Source: Candidatus Scalinduaceae bacterium
Lineage (GTDB): Bacteria > Planctomycetota > Brocadiia > Brocadiales > Scalinduaceae
DNA length: 64,000 nt
NCBI GenBank assembly: GCA_046759445.1
Contig: JBHICG010000006.1
Location: forward strand, 1 to 64,000
Direction: 5' to 3'
Each line of letters begins with the position of its first letter. The first letter of the stretch is position 1. Position numbers and translations under genes: made by a program. The notes below the pieces were generated by a model. The model worked only from the letters and a program-made list of their open reading frames with translations, did not search any database and had not been told where the DNA came from. This document shows positions 20,413-30,355 of the stretch, piece after piece.

Positions 20413-22506
20413 ATGTCCAATCTATTATTAGAAATAGGAACTGAGGAGATTCCGGCTGGTTATATAGCGCCTGCTCTCAGACAGATGGAAGAACTGTTCA
20501 TAGGGCAAGTTAAAAAGAATCGTATAAGTTTTAAGGATTTACATACCACCGGTACACCAAGGCGTCTGGTGTTGTTTGCAGATGGATTACCACAGAAACA
20601 GGAAAATGTAGTAGAGGAAATAAAAGGTCCTTCGGCAAAGGTTGCATTCGATAAGAGTGGTTTACCAACCAAAGCTGCTATTGGTTTTGCGAATTCACAA
20701 GGTGTTAAAGCTGAGGATCTGAAGGTAAAGGATACTCCCAAGGGAAAATATTGTTTTGCAATAAAGGAAATAGAAGGAAAAAAGGTTTTTGATCTCCTAC
20801 CAGGGATATTAGCCCATATTATAACATCAATTGTTTTTCCAAAGTCTATGAGATGGAAAACTGAAAAGTTGTATTTTGCACGACCTATACGTTCAATTCT
20901 GGCATTATTTGATAAGGATGTTATTAATTTAGAATCAAATGGTATAAAAGCTGATCGTAAAACAAATGGCCATCCATTCCTTTCTGACAAGGTCAAAAAT
21001 GTAGAATTTGCTGATTATGATGTTTACAAAGAAATGTTAAGAAGCTTAAACGTAATAGTAGAAATTGAAGAAAGGCGAAATATTATAAGCGAAGCAATCA
21101 ATTCTATTCTTTCAGACTATAGAACTAAATTAGAGGATGAAGAATTACTTGATGAGGTAACAAATCTTGTTGAATATCCGGGTGCCGTGAAATGTAGTTT
21201 TGATAGGGAATATTTAAAGATTCCAGGAGAAATTATTGAGACTGCGATGAAAGATCATCAGAGGTATTTTCCGGTTAAGGATAAAGACGGTAGTTTATTG
21301 CCTGAGTTTATTGTTATTAATGACCGAGGATGTAACGATAGTGAAATTATTCGAAAAGGAAATGAACGCGTCCTTAGGGCCAGACTTGCCGATGCAAAAT
21401 TTTTCTGGGATGAGGATAGAAAGATTTCTCTTCATGAAAGGGTTAATGGTTTAGAAGGGCTTGTATTTCATGAGGATATTGGAAGTTATTTGAATAGAGA
21501 GGAAAGAATTGGCATACTGGCACAATTTATTTCGGAAATGTTAAATTTTTCTCCTAAAAGGTTAAAGTTAGTTAAACGTGCGTCCTTGTTGTGTAAGGCA
21601 GACTTATTAACTGAAATGGTTGGAGAATTCCCAAAATTGCAGGGTATAATAGGTCGAGAATATGCCCTGGCAGAAGGTGAGAACGAGGAGGTAGCTAACT
21701 CCATAGCAGAACATTACTTGCCACGGTACGCTACTGATGGATTACCAAAAACAGAAGCTGGCACGGTGCTTAGTTTGGCAGATAAGTTTGATATTATTGC
21801 AAGTTGTTTTTCTGCAGGTTTGATTCCCACAGGTTCTCAAGACCCTTATGCTCTTAGAAGACAGGCACAGGGAATAATACGTATCTTAGAAACTAGAGAT
21901 TTTGGTGTTTCTTTCAGTAAGGTTTTCAAAATGGCATTGTCAAACTTAACAGATATATGTGCGAGTGATGATAAAGATATGATTTATGAGAAAATAAAGG
22001 ATTTTTTTAAGGATCGTTTAAATAACTACTACCTCGAAAAAAACTATCGTTATGATATCATTGAATCAGTAATGAGGTCAGGTTTTGATAATATATCTGA
22101 TTTTTTCTATAGATTGAAAATTGTTACTAAGATATCTAAGACTCATATCTGGCACAGCCTCGTAACCGTTGTAGAGAGGACGTTTAATATAGGAAAAAAT
22201 TGTACAATTCATGGCGAGGTTAACGAAGATTTGCTAAAAGAAGAAGAGGAACACAAACTATGGAATGTTTATAAAAGTGAAAAAGGAAAAATACTTGCAC
22301 ATGTTCTACCTAAAAGATATGAAGAATTGTCAGTTTTGTATAATGACGTATTTGCGGAGCCAGTTCATGATTTTTTTGATAAGGTATTTGTAAATGTCGA
22401 AGATGAAAATATAAGAAATAATAGACTTTTATTGGTTAAAAAGATTAACGAATTGTATACGGGAAACATCGCAAACCTTGCCTTTATTGTTGAACATGAA
22501 AGATGA
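20413..22506 (+). CDS. glyS: Glycine-tRNA ligase beta subunit
   Basis: LLLEIGTEEIP, FPKSMRW, GSQDPYALRR, IRNNRL. Confidence 0.97.
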   Translation: MSNLLLEIGTEEIPAGYIAPALRQMEELFIGQVKKNRISFKDLHTTGTPRRLVLFADGLPQKQENVVEEIKGPSAKVAFDKSGLPTKAAIGFANSQGVKAEDLKVKDTPKGKYCFAIKEIEGKKVFDLLPGILAHIITSIVFPKSMRWKTEKLYFARPIRSILALFDKDVINLESNGIKADRKTNGHPFLSDKVKNVEFADYDVYKEMLRSLNVIVEIEERRNIISEAINSILSDYRTKLEDEELLDEVTNLVEYPGAVKCSFDREYLKIPGEIIETAMKDHQRYFPVKDKDGSLLPEFIVINDRGCNDSEIIRKGNERVLRARLADAKFFWDEDRKISLHERVNGLEGLVFHEDIGSYLNREERIGILAQFISEMLNFSPKRLKLVKRASLLCKADLLTEMVGEFPKLQGIIGREYALAEGENEEVANSIAEHYLPRYATDGLPKTEAGTVLSLADKFDIIASCFSAGLIPTGSQDPYALRRQAQGIIRILETRDFGVSFSKVFKMALSNLTDICASDDKDMIYEKIKDFFKDRLNNYYLEKNYRYDIIESVMRSGFDNISDFFYRLKIVTKISKTHIWHSLVTVVERTFNIGKNCTIHGEVNEDLLKEEEEHKLWNVYKSEKGKILAHVLPKRYEELSVLYNDVFAEPVHDFFDKVFVNVEDENIRNNRLLLVKKINELYTGNIANLAFIVEHER

Positions 22507-23389
22507 AGTGGTTTTTGAGTCATTTCTGAATTATCTTATAGTTGAGTGTGGGCTTTCTGAAAATACCATTAAAGGCTACAAGAACGATCTACACAATTTT
22601 TCGAATTATTTGAAAAATAGAGGAATTAAGTGGTTTAAGGATGTTCGTGCAAACATGATAGTAAATTATATAGAAAAAGAGAAAGAAAGAGGCCTTTCTG
22701 AAAATTCAATATCAAGAAGTCTTATTGCAATAAAGATGTTTTATAAATACATGATTATGGAAGGGAAAGTTTCTAAAAACCCAATGTCATTTGTTAATTC
22801 GCCTAAACTCCATAAACGTTTGCCAGAAGTCCTTCATTATAAAGCTGTAGAAAAAATGTTATCAACTCCAAATTGTAACAAGAAACTCGGAATACGTGAT
22901 AAGGCAATCCTGGAATTAATGTATGCAACAGGTGCAAGGGTTTCTGAAGTTGCATCCATAAAAGTTAGCTGGGCAAATTTAGAGTATGGTTATGTTAGAT
23001 GTCAAGGCAAAGGTTCAAAACAACGTATTGTACCTATAGGCGCTAAGGCCGTTGATTCTGTGAGAAGATATTTACAGGATGTGCGTCCATTTCTCAACAA
23101 GAACAAAGATAATGAAACCTTATTTTTATCGAGAACGGGCAAGATGTTAAGGCGGGAAAATATATGGGATATTGTAAAAAAATATGCAGTTCACGCAGGT
23201 ATTCAATCAGACATATCTCCTCATACGCTAAGGCATTCATTTGCAACCCATCTGCTTGAAGGTGGAGCGGATTTGCGTTCAGTTCAAGAGATGCTCGGGC
23301 ATGCCAATATATCCACAACGCAAATCTATACACACGTTGATAGAAAATATCTTAAAGCCGTACATCAGAAATTTCATCCTAGGGCGTGA
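22496..23389 (+). CDS. xerD: Site-specific tyrosine recombinase XerD
   Basis: YATGARVSE, GKGSKQR, PHTLRHSFATHLL, LGH...TTQIYTH, HPRA. Confidence 0.93.
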   Translation: MKDEVVFESFLNYLIVECGLSENTIKGYKNDLHNFSNYLKNRGIKWFKDVRANMIVNYIEKEKERGLSENSISRSLIAIKMFYKYMIMEGKVSKNPMSFVNSPKLHKRLPEVLHYKAVEKMLSTPNCNKKLGIRDKAILELMYATGARVSEVASIKVSWANLEYGYVRCQGKGSKQRIVPIGAKAVDSVRRYLQDVRPFLNKNKDNETLFLSRTGKMLRRENIWDIVKKYAVHAGIQSDISPHTLRHSFATHLLEGGADLRSVQEMLGHANISTTQIYTHVDRKYLKAVHQKFHPRA

Positions 23390-23482
23390 ATATTATGAAA
23401 AATTTAACTTATCCGGACTTAGAGGCTTATTTCTCGTTTTTTATACTTCGCTTAAATAGTTTTAGATATTCGACAACAGATT

Positions 23483-25069
23483 TTATGCTTCCTTGATAAT
23501 ATCTATGACTTGCTTCTTGTGTTTTTCCATCATTTCCTTTGTCTTTCCTTCCAAGTTCAATCGAAGTAATGGTTCTGTATTAGATTTCCTTACGTTGAAC
23601 CACCAATCCTTATACTCAACAGTAACGCCATCTAAGAAATCTATCTTGCCATCTTTAAAATGCTCAGCAATTTGATTTATTTTCTTATCCTTATCACTTA
23701 CTTTAAAGTTAATTTCACCCGTTGCGTAGTATCTCTTTAAAGGAGCAAACAAATTAGACATAGGAACATTTTTACGACTAAGGACGTTCAAGACTTCAAT
23801 CAGGGCAATAAACCCTGAATCCGCATAATGATTTTCTTTAAAGTAATAATGACCTGATAATTCACCGCCGAAGACAGCATTTTTTTCTCTCATAGTGGCT
23901 TTTATGTAAGAATGACCAACCCTTTCTCTGTAAGGTTTGCCACCAGCTTCTTTTATTTCTTCAGGCACAACCCAACTTGATCTTAAATCATATACAATTG
24001 TAGCTCCTTTTTCCTTTTGTAAAAGTTCTTTAGCGATTACGGCTGTAATCAAATCACATCCTATTACTTGACCATTTTCGTCAACAAAAGAGCATCTATC
24101 AGCATCACCATCAAAAGCTGCACCCAAATGACTTCTCGTCTTACGAACTTTTTTTTGCAAATGTCGTAGGTTTTCTTCTTTTAAAGGGTTGGGTTCGTGG
24201 TTGGGGAAAGTACCATCAAGGTTGAAAAATAATGGTACAATTTTACAAGGTAGGTCTTCAAAGATTATTGGTATCATTTTACCTGCCATTCCATTTCCAG
24301 CATCAATTACGACCTTTAAAGGCCTAATATTATTAGCAAAACTAAGAATGTGATTTTTATAATCATCAAGTACATTTTTTTCAATAATTTTACCAGGTTG
24401 TTCAGACTTAATTAATCTTGTTTGACGGGCAATCTCAGATATTTTCGATAAGCCTGTATCAAAGCTTATGGGCATAGCTTTTTCATGACACAGCTTGAAT
24501 CCATTATATTCTGATGGGTTGTGGGAAGCAGTAACCGTTATGCCTGCATCATAATCATAATGTCCCACTGCGAAGTATGTAGTATCAGTAGATACCTCTC
24601 CTATATCAATTACGTTAACTCCAGCTTCTGTTATTCCTTTTATTAATGATTTGGCTAGTGACTTAGACGATGGCCTGACATCTCTGGCTACTGATATGTT
24701 TTTGACGTCATCCTTTATGCTTTTTAAAAATTGTACTGTCGCTTTCCCAATCTTTTCAGATGTGTATTCATTTAATTCTTCTGGATATATGCCACGTATG
24801 TCGTAACTTTTAAAAATATTTAAGTTAATTGCTTTATCTTGATACGAAGACAATTGTACAACCTCCCTTGTTTTGTTTTCTTCAACATTAATATTTTCAG
24901 TATTATATTCTTTTTTTAATTCTGACGAAGCAGCTATAGTTTCGGTTCTATAATGACAAACGGGGCATTTTGGATAATGTACTCTTTGGCGACCTTTACA
25001 AACGGAAATACTAATATCATAAAGATCTCCAGGGCATCTGCGATTTCGTTTTTCTATTTTTTTCGACAT
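23483..25069 (-). CDS. Phosphomannomutase/phosphoglucomutase with N-terminal Cys4 extension
   Basis: FKSYDIRG, TASHNP, FDGDADR, GELSGH; ATG 25069 chosen as start. Confidence 0.9.
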   Translation of the reverse strand: MSKKIEKRNRRCPGDLYDISISVCKGRQRVHYPKCPVCHYRTETIAASSELKKEYNTENINVEENKTREVVQLSSYQDKAINLNIFKSYDIRGIYPEELNEYTSEKIGKATVQFLKSIKDDVKNISVARDVRPSSKSLAKSLIKGITEAGVNVIDIGEVSTDTTYFAVGHYDYDAGITVTASHNPSEYNGFKLCHEKAMPISFDTGLSKISEIARQTRLIKSEQPGKIIEKNVLDDYKNHILSFANNIRPLKVVIDAGNGMAGKMIPIIFEDLPCKIVPLFFNLDGTFPNHEPNPLKEENLRHLQKKVRKTRSHLGAAFDGDADRCSFVDENGQVIGCDLITAVIAKELLQKEKGATIVYDLRSSWVVPEEIKEAGGKPYRERVGHSYIKATMREKNAVFGGELSGHYYFKENHYADSGFIALIEVLNVLSRKNVPMSNLFAPLKRYYATGEINFKVSDKDKKINQIAEHFKDGKIDFLDGVTVEYKDWWFNVRKSNTEPLLRLNLEGKTKEMMEKHKKQVIDIIKEA

Positions 25070-25169
25070 AACATTACTTAAACATTTTATCAAAACTCTA
25101 CTATAATTAAGGTGCACTAATGTTATAACAATAGTGAAATTTTGTAAAGTAAAATTGATTTACTCTCGT

Positions 25170-25660
25170 TTTTATGCACGGGGAAATAAAGTTTTCCACA
25201 TTAATTCATACTTAAGCATGTCAACATATTTTATTATTTTTATAAAAGAAGGTGGTTGTTTTTTAACGATAGTTCTTGATACTTTCTGTTATGTGGATTT
25301 CATATCTATGACGACAAAAATTGAAAATATTATGACAAAGTGTTGAATTTCAGCTTTACATAATTGAGAAAATTAAAAAGAAATTGCTTAACTACAAACT
25401 TAAACGTTTTAAAATAATCCACAAACTGTCCACAAGTTATCCACACTTAAAAAATTCAAAAGTTCTGAAGTTATCTTACAAAAAGCACAAAAGGTAGATT
25501 TTGTAAGCGTATGTATAATAAGCATTTAAAAGGCATGGCCCATGGATATTTGTAATGGATGTAATTTATGAATTACTTTTAATAAAAAGATATTAAATAA
25601 AAAAAATTTTAAAAAAAAATTTTAAATTTATTTTTTTTACAATTAAAATTTCAATCTTAT
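25170..25660. other. Probable replication origin (oriC)
   Basis: DnaA boxes TTTTCCACA 25192, TAATCCACA 25415, CTGTCCACA 25426, TTATCCACA 25437; AT-only tract 25581-25640 apart from one G; upstream of dnaA. Confidence 0.7.
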
Positions 25661-25879
25661 TGATATAAAAAGTCTTACGATTTTTATAATCACGTGCCAA
25701 ATGGATTTCCAGAAAACATTACTTAATTTAATTTGACACAAAGAAATGTTTTGATAATATCCCTAACGAAGATCACATCAAATATGGTAAATAAAGAATA
25801 ACATTTTTTTCGCCTTTCGTTAAAAATCTTAAACAGATTTAACTTCTTAATCTTTTCGAATTTATCTTCTTAGCATCAC

Positions 25880-27232
25880 ATGGAGCAAACCACAACGGAC
25901 GGTGTCTCAAATTATTGGGATAGTGTTCTTGCTGAAATAGAGAATAAAGTTGGTATCAGACACTATAATTTATGGTTCAAAAACATAAAGTTAATTTCCT
26001 TAAACAAAGAATCTGTAAATATTGGTGTACCTAATTTATTTGTCCAGAAAAAGATTCGTGATGATTATGAATCTTTGATAAGAGATACTATTAAAAACAT
26101 TGCCAAGATTAATCCTTCTATAAACTTTATCCTAGAAAACGACGGAAATTCCAGAACAAAATATAAGCAAATAACTACAGGTATCAAATCTGAAAATTTA
26201 TCAAAACAAGACTTCATTATAACAGATAACAGAAAATTGAAGTTAGAAAATTTTATTGTTGGTGACTGTAATAGGCTTGCTTATGTGGCCGCCCTTGAAG
26301 TTTTAAAACCTGGACCTGTAGACTTTAATACTCTTTTTATACATGGATCTATTGGGGTAGGCAAGACTCACCTTCTTCAAGGCATTTGGAACCGACTTAT
26401 AGATGAATCGAGCACTATGAATGCCGCATATATGCCTGCAGAGAGTTGGACTAATGAATTTGTTTATTCTCTAAAGGGTGGTAAGCTTGAGTCCTTCAGG
26501 AAGAAATATAGAGGAATTGATATATTTCTTGTTGATGATGTTAATTTTCTTTCCAATAAAAAGGGAGTTCAAGAAGAATTGCTTCATACCTTTAATACAT
26601 TGCATACTTTATCTAAAAGAATAGTGTTTGCGAGTGACGCACATCCCAAATTAATAAGTCAACTTAAAGATAGTCTTGTTAGTAGATTTATGTCTGGTAT
26701 GATCGCAAAAATAGAACGGCCTAATTTCTCTACCGCTTTGCAAATATTGCGGTACAAAGCCTTAAAGATACGAAAAATGATACCTGAAAATGTTCTCGAA
26801 TTTATTTCTGAAAAGTTCAATGATAATGTAAGATCAATGGAAAGTGCATTCACCACTGTATTGGCTTATGCAAACATAAATAAGGCAAAGGTTGATTTTA
26901 AATTAGCCTGTGATGTTTTGTGTGAAATATATGTTAACAAAAAAAGGGTTATTACGTTGAAGGATATAGAGGAAGCTGTAATTAGCCATTGTAGTGTTTC
27001 TCATGCTGATATTCATTCCAAAAACAAAACAAGAAACATTGCACATGCTCGTCAACTTTGTATGTATATTGCAAAAACACTTACAGATGCTTCATACCAG
27101 GAAATAGGACAATATTATGGAAACAAAAGGCACACAACTGCCATTTTTGCAATAAACAAGGTAAAAGAAAAAATGAAAAACGACATTGCATTCCGATCGC
27201 AAACTGAAAAATTAATTAGAAAATTAAAATAA
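25880..27232 (+). CDS. dnaA: Chromosomal replication initiator DnaA
   Basis: LENFIVG.CN.LA, GVGKTHLL, LVDDV, ARQLCMY, EIG...HTT. Confidence 0.95.
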   Translation: MEQTTTDGVSNYWDSVLAEIENKVGIRHYNLWFKNIKLISLNKESVNIGVPNLFVQKKIRDDYESLIRDTIKNIAKINPSINFILENDGNSRTKYKQITTGIKSENLSKQDFIITDNRKLKLENFIVGDCNRLAYVAALEVLKPGPVDFNTLFIHGSIGVGKTHLLQGIWNRLIDESSTMNAAYMPAESWTNEFVYSLKGGKLESFRKKYRGIDIFLVDDVNFLSNKKGVQEELLHTFNTLHTLSKRIVFASDAHPKLISQLKDSLVSRFMSGMIAKIERPNFSTALQILRYKALKIRKMIPENVLEFISEKFNDNVRSMESAFTTVLAYANINKAKVDFKLACDVLCEIYVNKKRVITLKDIEEAVISHCSVSHADIHSKNKTRNIAHARQLCMYIAKTLTDASYQEIGQYYGNKRHTTAIFAINKVKEKMKNDIAFRSQTEKLIRKLK

Positions 27233-27260
27233 TAATACTTAGTGATTATAAGGAGAAGCG

Positions 27261-27665
27261 ATGCAAGATCATTTTGTAGGAATTGAAAGACGTGCAGATA
27301 TAAGGTTAGAACTCTCGTTACCAATAACACTATTTGTTGATAACAAAATCAAGACTGTGTCAAAGAACATATCTGCCCGTGGCGTTTATTTTGAAGTTGA
27401 AACAGATGTCATGAAACCACCGTCCCCTGGGGAAACGATTATGATTGAAATTGTTGCAAACGTCAATATAACTGGTTTACCTGATAAAATGGTTATGCTT
27501 TCGGGAAGCGGAGTAGTTGTCAGGACTAATGAAATAGAAATTGCTGAAGACGATAAGAAGGAAAAGAAATTATGTGTAGCTTTAAGGTTTGTTGAAAACC
27601 TTGAAATCGTGCCTACATGGATTTTAAATTATGATTTCTATAGTGTAGGAATGCACACTGTGTAG
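27261..27665 (+). CDS. PilZ-domain protein
   Basis: ERRADIR (RxxxR) and NISARG motifs. Confidence 0.8.
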   Translation: MQDHFVGIERRADIRLELSLPITLFVDNKIKTVSKNISARGVYFEVETDVMKPPSPGETIMIEIVANVNITGLPDKMVMLSGSGVVVRTNEIEIAEDDKKEKKLCVALRFVENLEIVPTWILNYDFYSVGMHTV

Positions 27666-27919
27666 TAAATCTAAGCGGATATTGTTGTATGAGTGTTAAT
27701 AAACAGAGTTTTTCATTGTTTAAGTAGAATATACAATTGTGGTTTTTAGAAGTAAATCTTTAATACAGAAATTTTTTTTATTCTCCCCCCTGAATGTTTA
27801 AATCATAAGATACACACATTCCATAACTTATAAATCAAACAATTATATTTTTAACCTTCAATTTGAGTAGCAGGCATTTTATGTATGTGCAGATTGGCAG
27901 GAAAAAATTGTAATATATA

Positions 27920-28561
27920 ATGATAATTAAAAAAGAGGCTGTTGCCAAAATTGTAAATCTTTTGGAGAAGAATTATCCAGATGCATCTCTAGCATTAAAT
28001 TTCAGCAATTCACTGGAATTACTTGTTGCAACGATTCTGGCAGCACAATGTACAGACAAAAGGGTTAATGAAATCACAAGTGAGTTATTTAGAAGATACA
28101 AAAAAATAGAAGACTATAATCATGTAAAATTGAATTTGTTTGAAAAGGAAATTAGTTCAATAAGCTTTTTCGGAAACAAAGCCAAAAATATTAAGAAATG
28201 TTGCAAAGTAATTATAGAAAAATATAATGGTAAAATTCCCTCGAAAGTTGAGGAATTAACATCTTTACCTGGAATTGGACGCAAGACTGCCAACATTATT
28301 ATAGGGAATGCGTTCAACCAGCCAGCCATTGCCGTTGACACACATGTTCAGCGAGTATCAACACGCCTGGGGTTGGCAACATCAAGAAATCCAGATAAAA
28401 TCGAAAAAGAACTATGTGAAGTCATTTCTAAAGTTAAGTGGACAAAAATCTGCCACCTTTTACAGGCTCATGGTCGGTTGATCTGTACGGCAAAGAAACC
28501 TAAATGTCCGAAATGTGTGTTATTTGATCTTTGTGAGTGGAAGGATAAAAGAAAGAAGTAG
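27920..28561 (+). CDS. nth: Endonuclease III
   Basis: LPGIGRKTAN HhH, VDTHV, C-x6-C-x2-C-x5-C. Confidence 0.95.
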   Translation: MIIKKEAVAKIVNLLEKNYPDASLALNFSNSLELLVATILAAQCTDKRVNEITSELFRRYKKIEDYNHVKLNLFEKEISSISFFGNKAKNIKKCCKVIIEKYNGKIPSKVEELTSLPGIGRKTANIIIGNAFNQPAIAVDTHVQRVSTRLGLATSRNPDKIEKELCEVISKVKWTKICHLLQAHGRLICTAKKPKCPKCVLFDLCEWKDKRKK

Positions 28562-28608
28562 TAACGATGGAATCTTACTCAAATAAACTCTAATTTTAGC
28601 AGGAGTAC

Positions 28609-28770
28609 TTAATCTTTTTCAAGTGTTGATAAATCCTCAGTTGGCAATTCAAGCTCTCTGGCCTTCAGTACCCTTCTCATTATTTTACCGCTTTTTGTTT
28701 TAGGTATGTTTTCGGCAAATTCAATTTCCCTGGGATACGCATGAGCGGCTAATCGTTTTTTAATAAATTT
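28609..28770 (-). pseudogene. C-terminal remnant of acetyl-CoA synthetase
   Basis: Manual translation KFIKKRLAAHAYPREIEFAENIPKTKSGKIMRRVLKARELELPTEDLSTLEKD*; no in-frame start. Confidence 0.8.
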
Positions 28771-28900
28771 ATGTCTTTGTATTCCATAGTGTTATCTTTA
28801 CAAGTATTAAAATTAATTACTGAATGTCGACAACTTATATCAAAGCATAAAATCTGTGTCAATATAAAGATTTAAGTTCATATGTCAAAAGGCTTTTCAC

Positions 28901-28929
28901 TTGACAACATTATGATGCTCTGATGTAAT
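28901..28929 (+). promoter_or_regulatory. Putative sigma70 promoter
   Basis: TTGACA-17 bp-TGTAAT. Confidence 0.5.
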
Positions 28930-29038
28930 TAAAAATTACTACCTCGCGGGTGGAATGTTGCTTGGTGATATCCTAAGGAGGAGAGGAAGAGCAGTCTTCG
29001 TGCTTAATATTGAGTAAGTTTTAAAAAGTTAATACGTT

Positions 29039-30085
29039 ATGAACTCTGCAAATTTGGTTAATGTTGGCATGTCATTTCCCATGGCTTATCATATAGCCGT
29101 TGATAAGGCTATAGGAATTACGACAACAATACCTATTGAGATTGTTTATGCAGCAGGGTATGTGCCTATCGATCTGAATAATATATTTATTTCTAATGAT
29201 GATCCTGATGCACTTGTTGATTATGCAGAACTTAAAGGTTTACCCAGAAATCTATGTGCATGGGTAAAGGGTATATATGCGGCAATAAAAAAAACAGGAA
29301 TAAAGAGGATCATTGGTGTTATCCAGGGAGATTGTAGTAATAATCATGCCTTAATCGAGTTTCTTCAAACTGAAGGCATTGATGTTATACCATTCTCATA
29401 TCCTCATGATAGAAATAAGGATTTTCTTTACAAACAGTTAGATTATCTCTCAAAGACATTAGGGGTGGATTTGGATAAGGCACAACGGATGAAACATAAA
29501 TTAGATAAAGTTAGAAAAATTGTACACGAGATTGACCTCCTAACGTGGCAACATGATAAGGTTACGGGTGAAGAAAATCATATCTGGAATGTTTCCACAA
29601 GCGATTTAATGGGTGACTACGGCTTTTTCGAAGAAAAAGCTTTAGAATTCCTAGAGGAAGCAAAAACCCGTACAGGTCTTAAATATAAATTAAGATTAGG
29701 TTTTATCGGAGTTCCACCAATATGTTGTGACCTTTATACTTTCCTTGATAATAAAGGTGTACATGTAGTCTTCAATGAAGTCCAGAGGCAGTTTAGCATG
29801 CCATACAACACACATACACTAACAGACCAATATATTTGTTACACATATCCATTTGATATTCTCTACCATATAGATGATATAAAGAAGGAAATTGAGAAAA
29901 GGAAGATTGATGGTATTATTCACTATGTTCAGAGTTTTTGCCATAGACAGATTTATGATAGGCTTATTCGCAAGTATATCAACATCCCAATCTTAACCCT
30001 CGATTGTGATCGTCCAGGCCCGCTAAGTGGTTCTATGAAGACGAGAATTGAAGCATTTACTGAAATGCTCAGAAACATTAAGTAG
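29039..30085 (+). CDS. 2-hydroxyacyl-CoA dehydratase subunit family (HgdB/FldC-like)
   Basis: CAWVKG, GDCS, IDGIIHYVQSFC, TRIEAF; true start may be ATG 29081. Confidence 0.85.
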   Translation: MNSANLVNVGMSFPMAYHIAVDKAIGITTTIPIEIVYAAGYVPIDLNNIFISNDDPDALVDYAELKGLPRNLCAWVKGIYAAIKKTGIKRIIGVIQGDCSNNHALIEFLQTEGIDVIPFSYPHDRNKDFLYKQLDYLSKTLGVDLDKAQRMKHKLDKVRKIVHEIDLLTWQHDKVTGEENHIWNVSTSDLMGDYGFFEEKALEFLEEAKTRTGLKYKLRLGFIGVPPICCDLYTFLDNKGVHVVFNEVQRQFSMPYNTHTLTDQYICYTYPFDILYHIDDIKKEIEKRKIDGIIHYVQSFCHRQIYDRLIRKYINIPILTLDCDRPGPLSGSMKTRIEAFTEMLRNIK

Positions 30086-30355
30086 TGAATCGCTGAGCTT
30101 AATGGCTTTCATTTTTTACGATTAGCCCTAAATCTGTTAAAACCCTAAAATCTTTTTTATAATCATGCAATTATGAGACAAAATTTCACTATATTCGCTT
30201 AAAAAATGTGCGTCTTATGTCGAAAATAGGTGTAATATTACAAAAGTGCTGATACTTTGTACAGAAATGGTTGAGTTTAGTATTCATTTTTGAGTAAAAA
30301 GGATGATTAAGGTTTAAGTACTTTCATGTAGAATTTTTTGAAAGGATGTATTTCT

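Noticed and set aside
22496..23389. Tyrosine recombinase as an island or integron integrase
   Set aside because: Typical XerD in a housekeeping operon with glyS; no IntI-specific insertion
25134..25346. 70-aa ORF
   Set aside because: Lies in the DnaA-box region; probably non-coding
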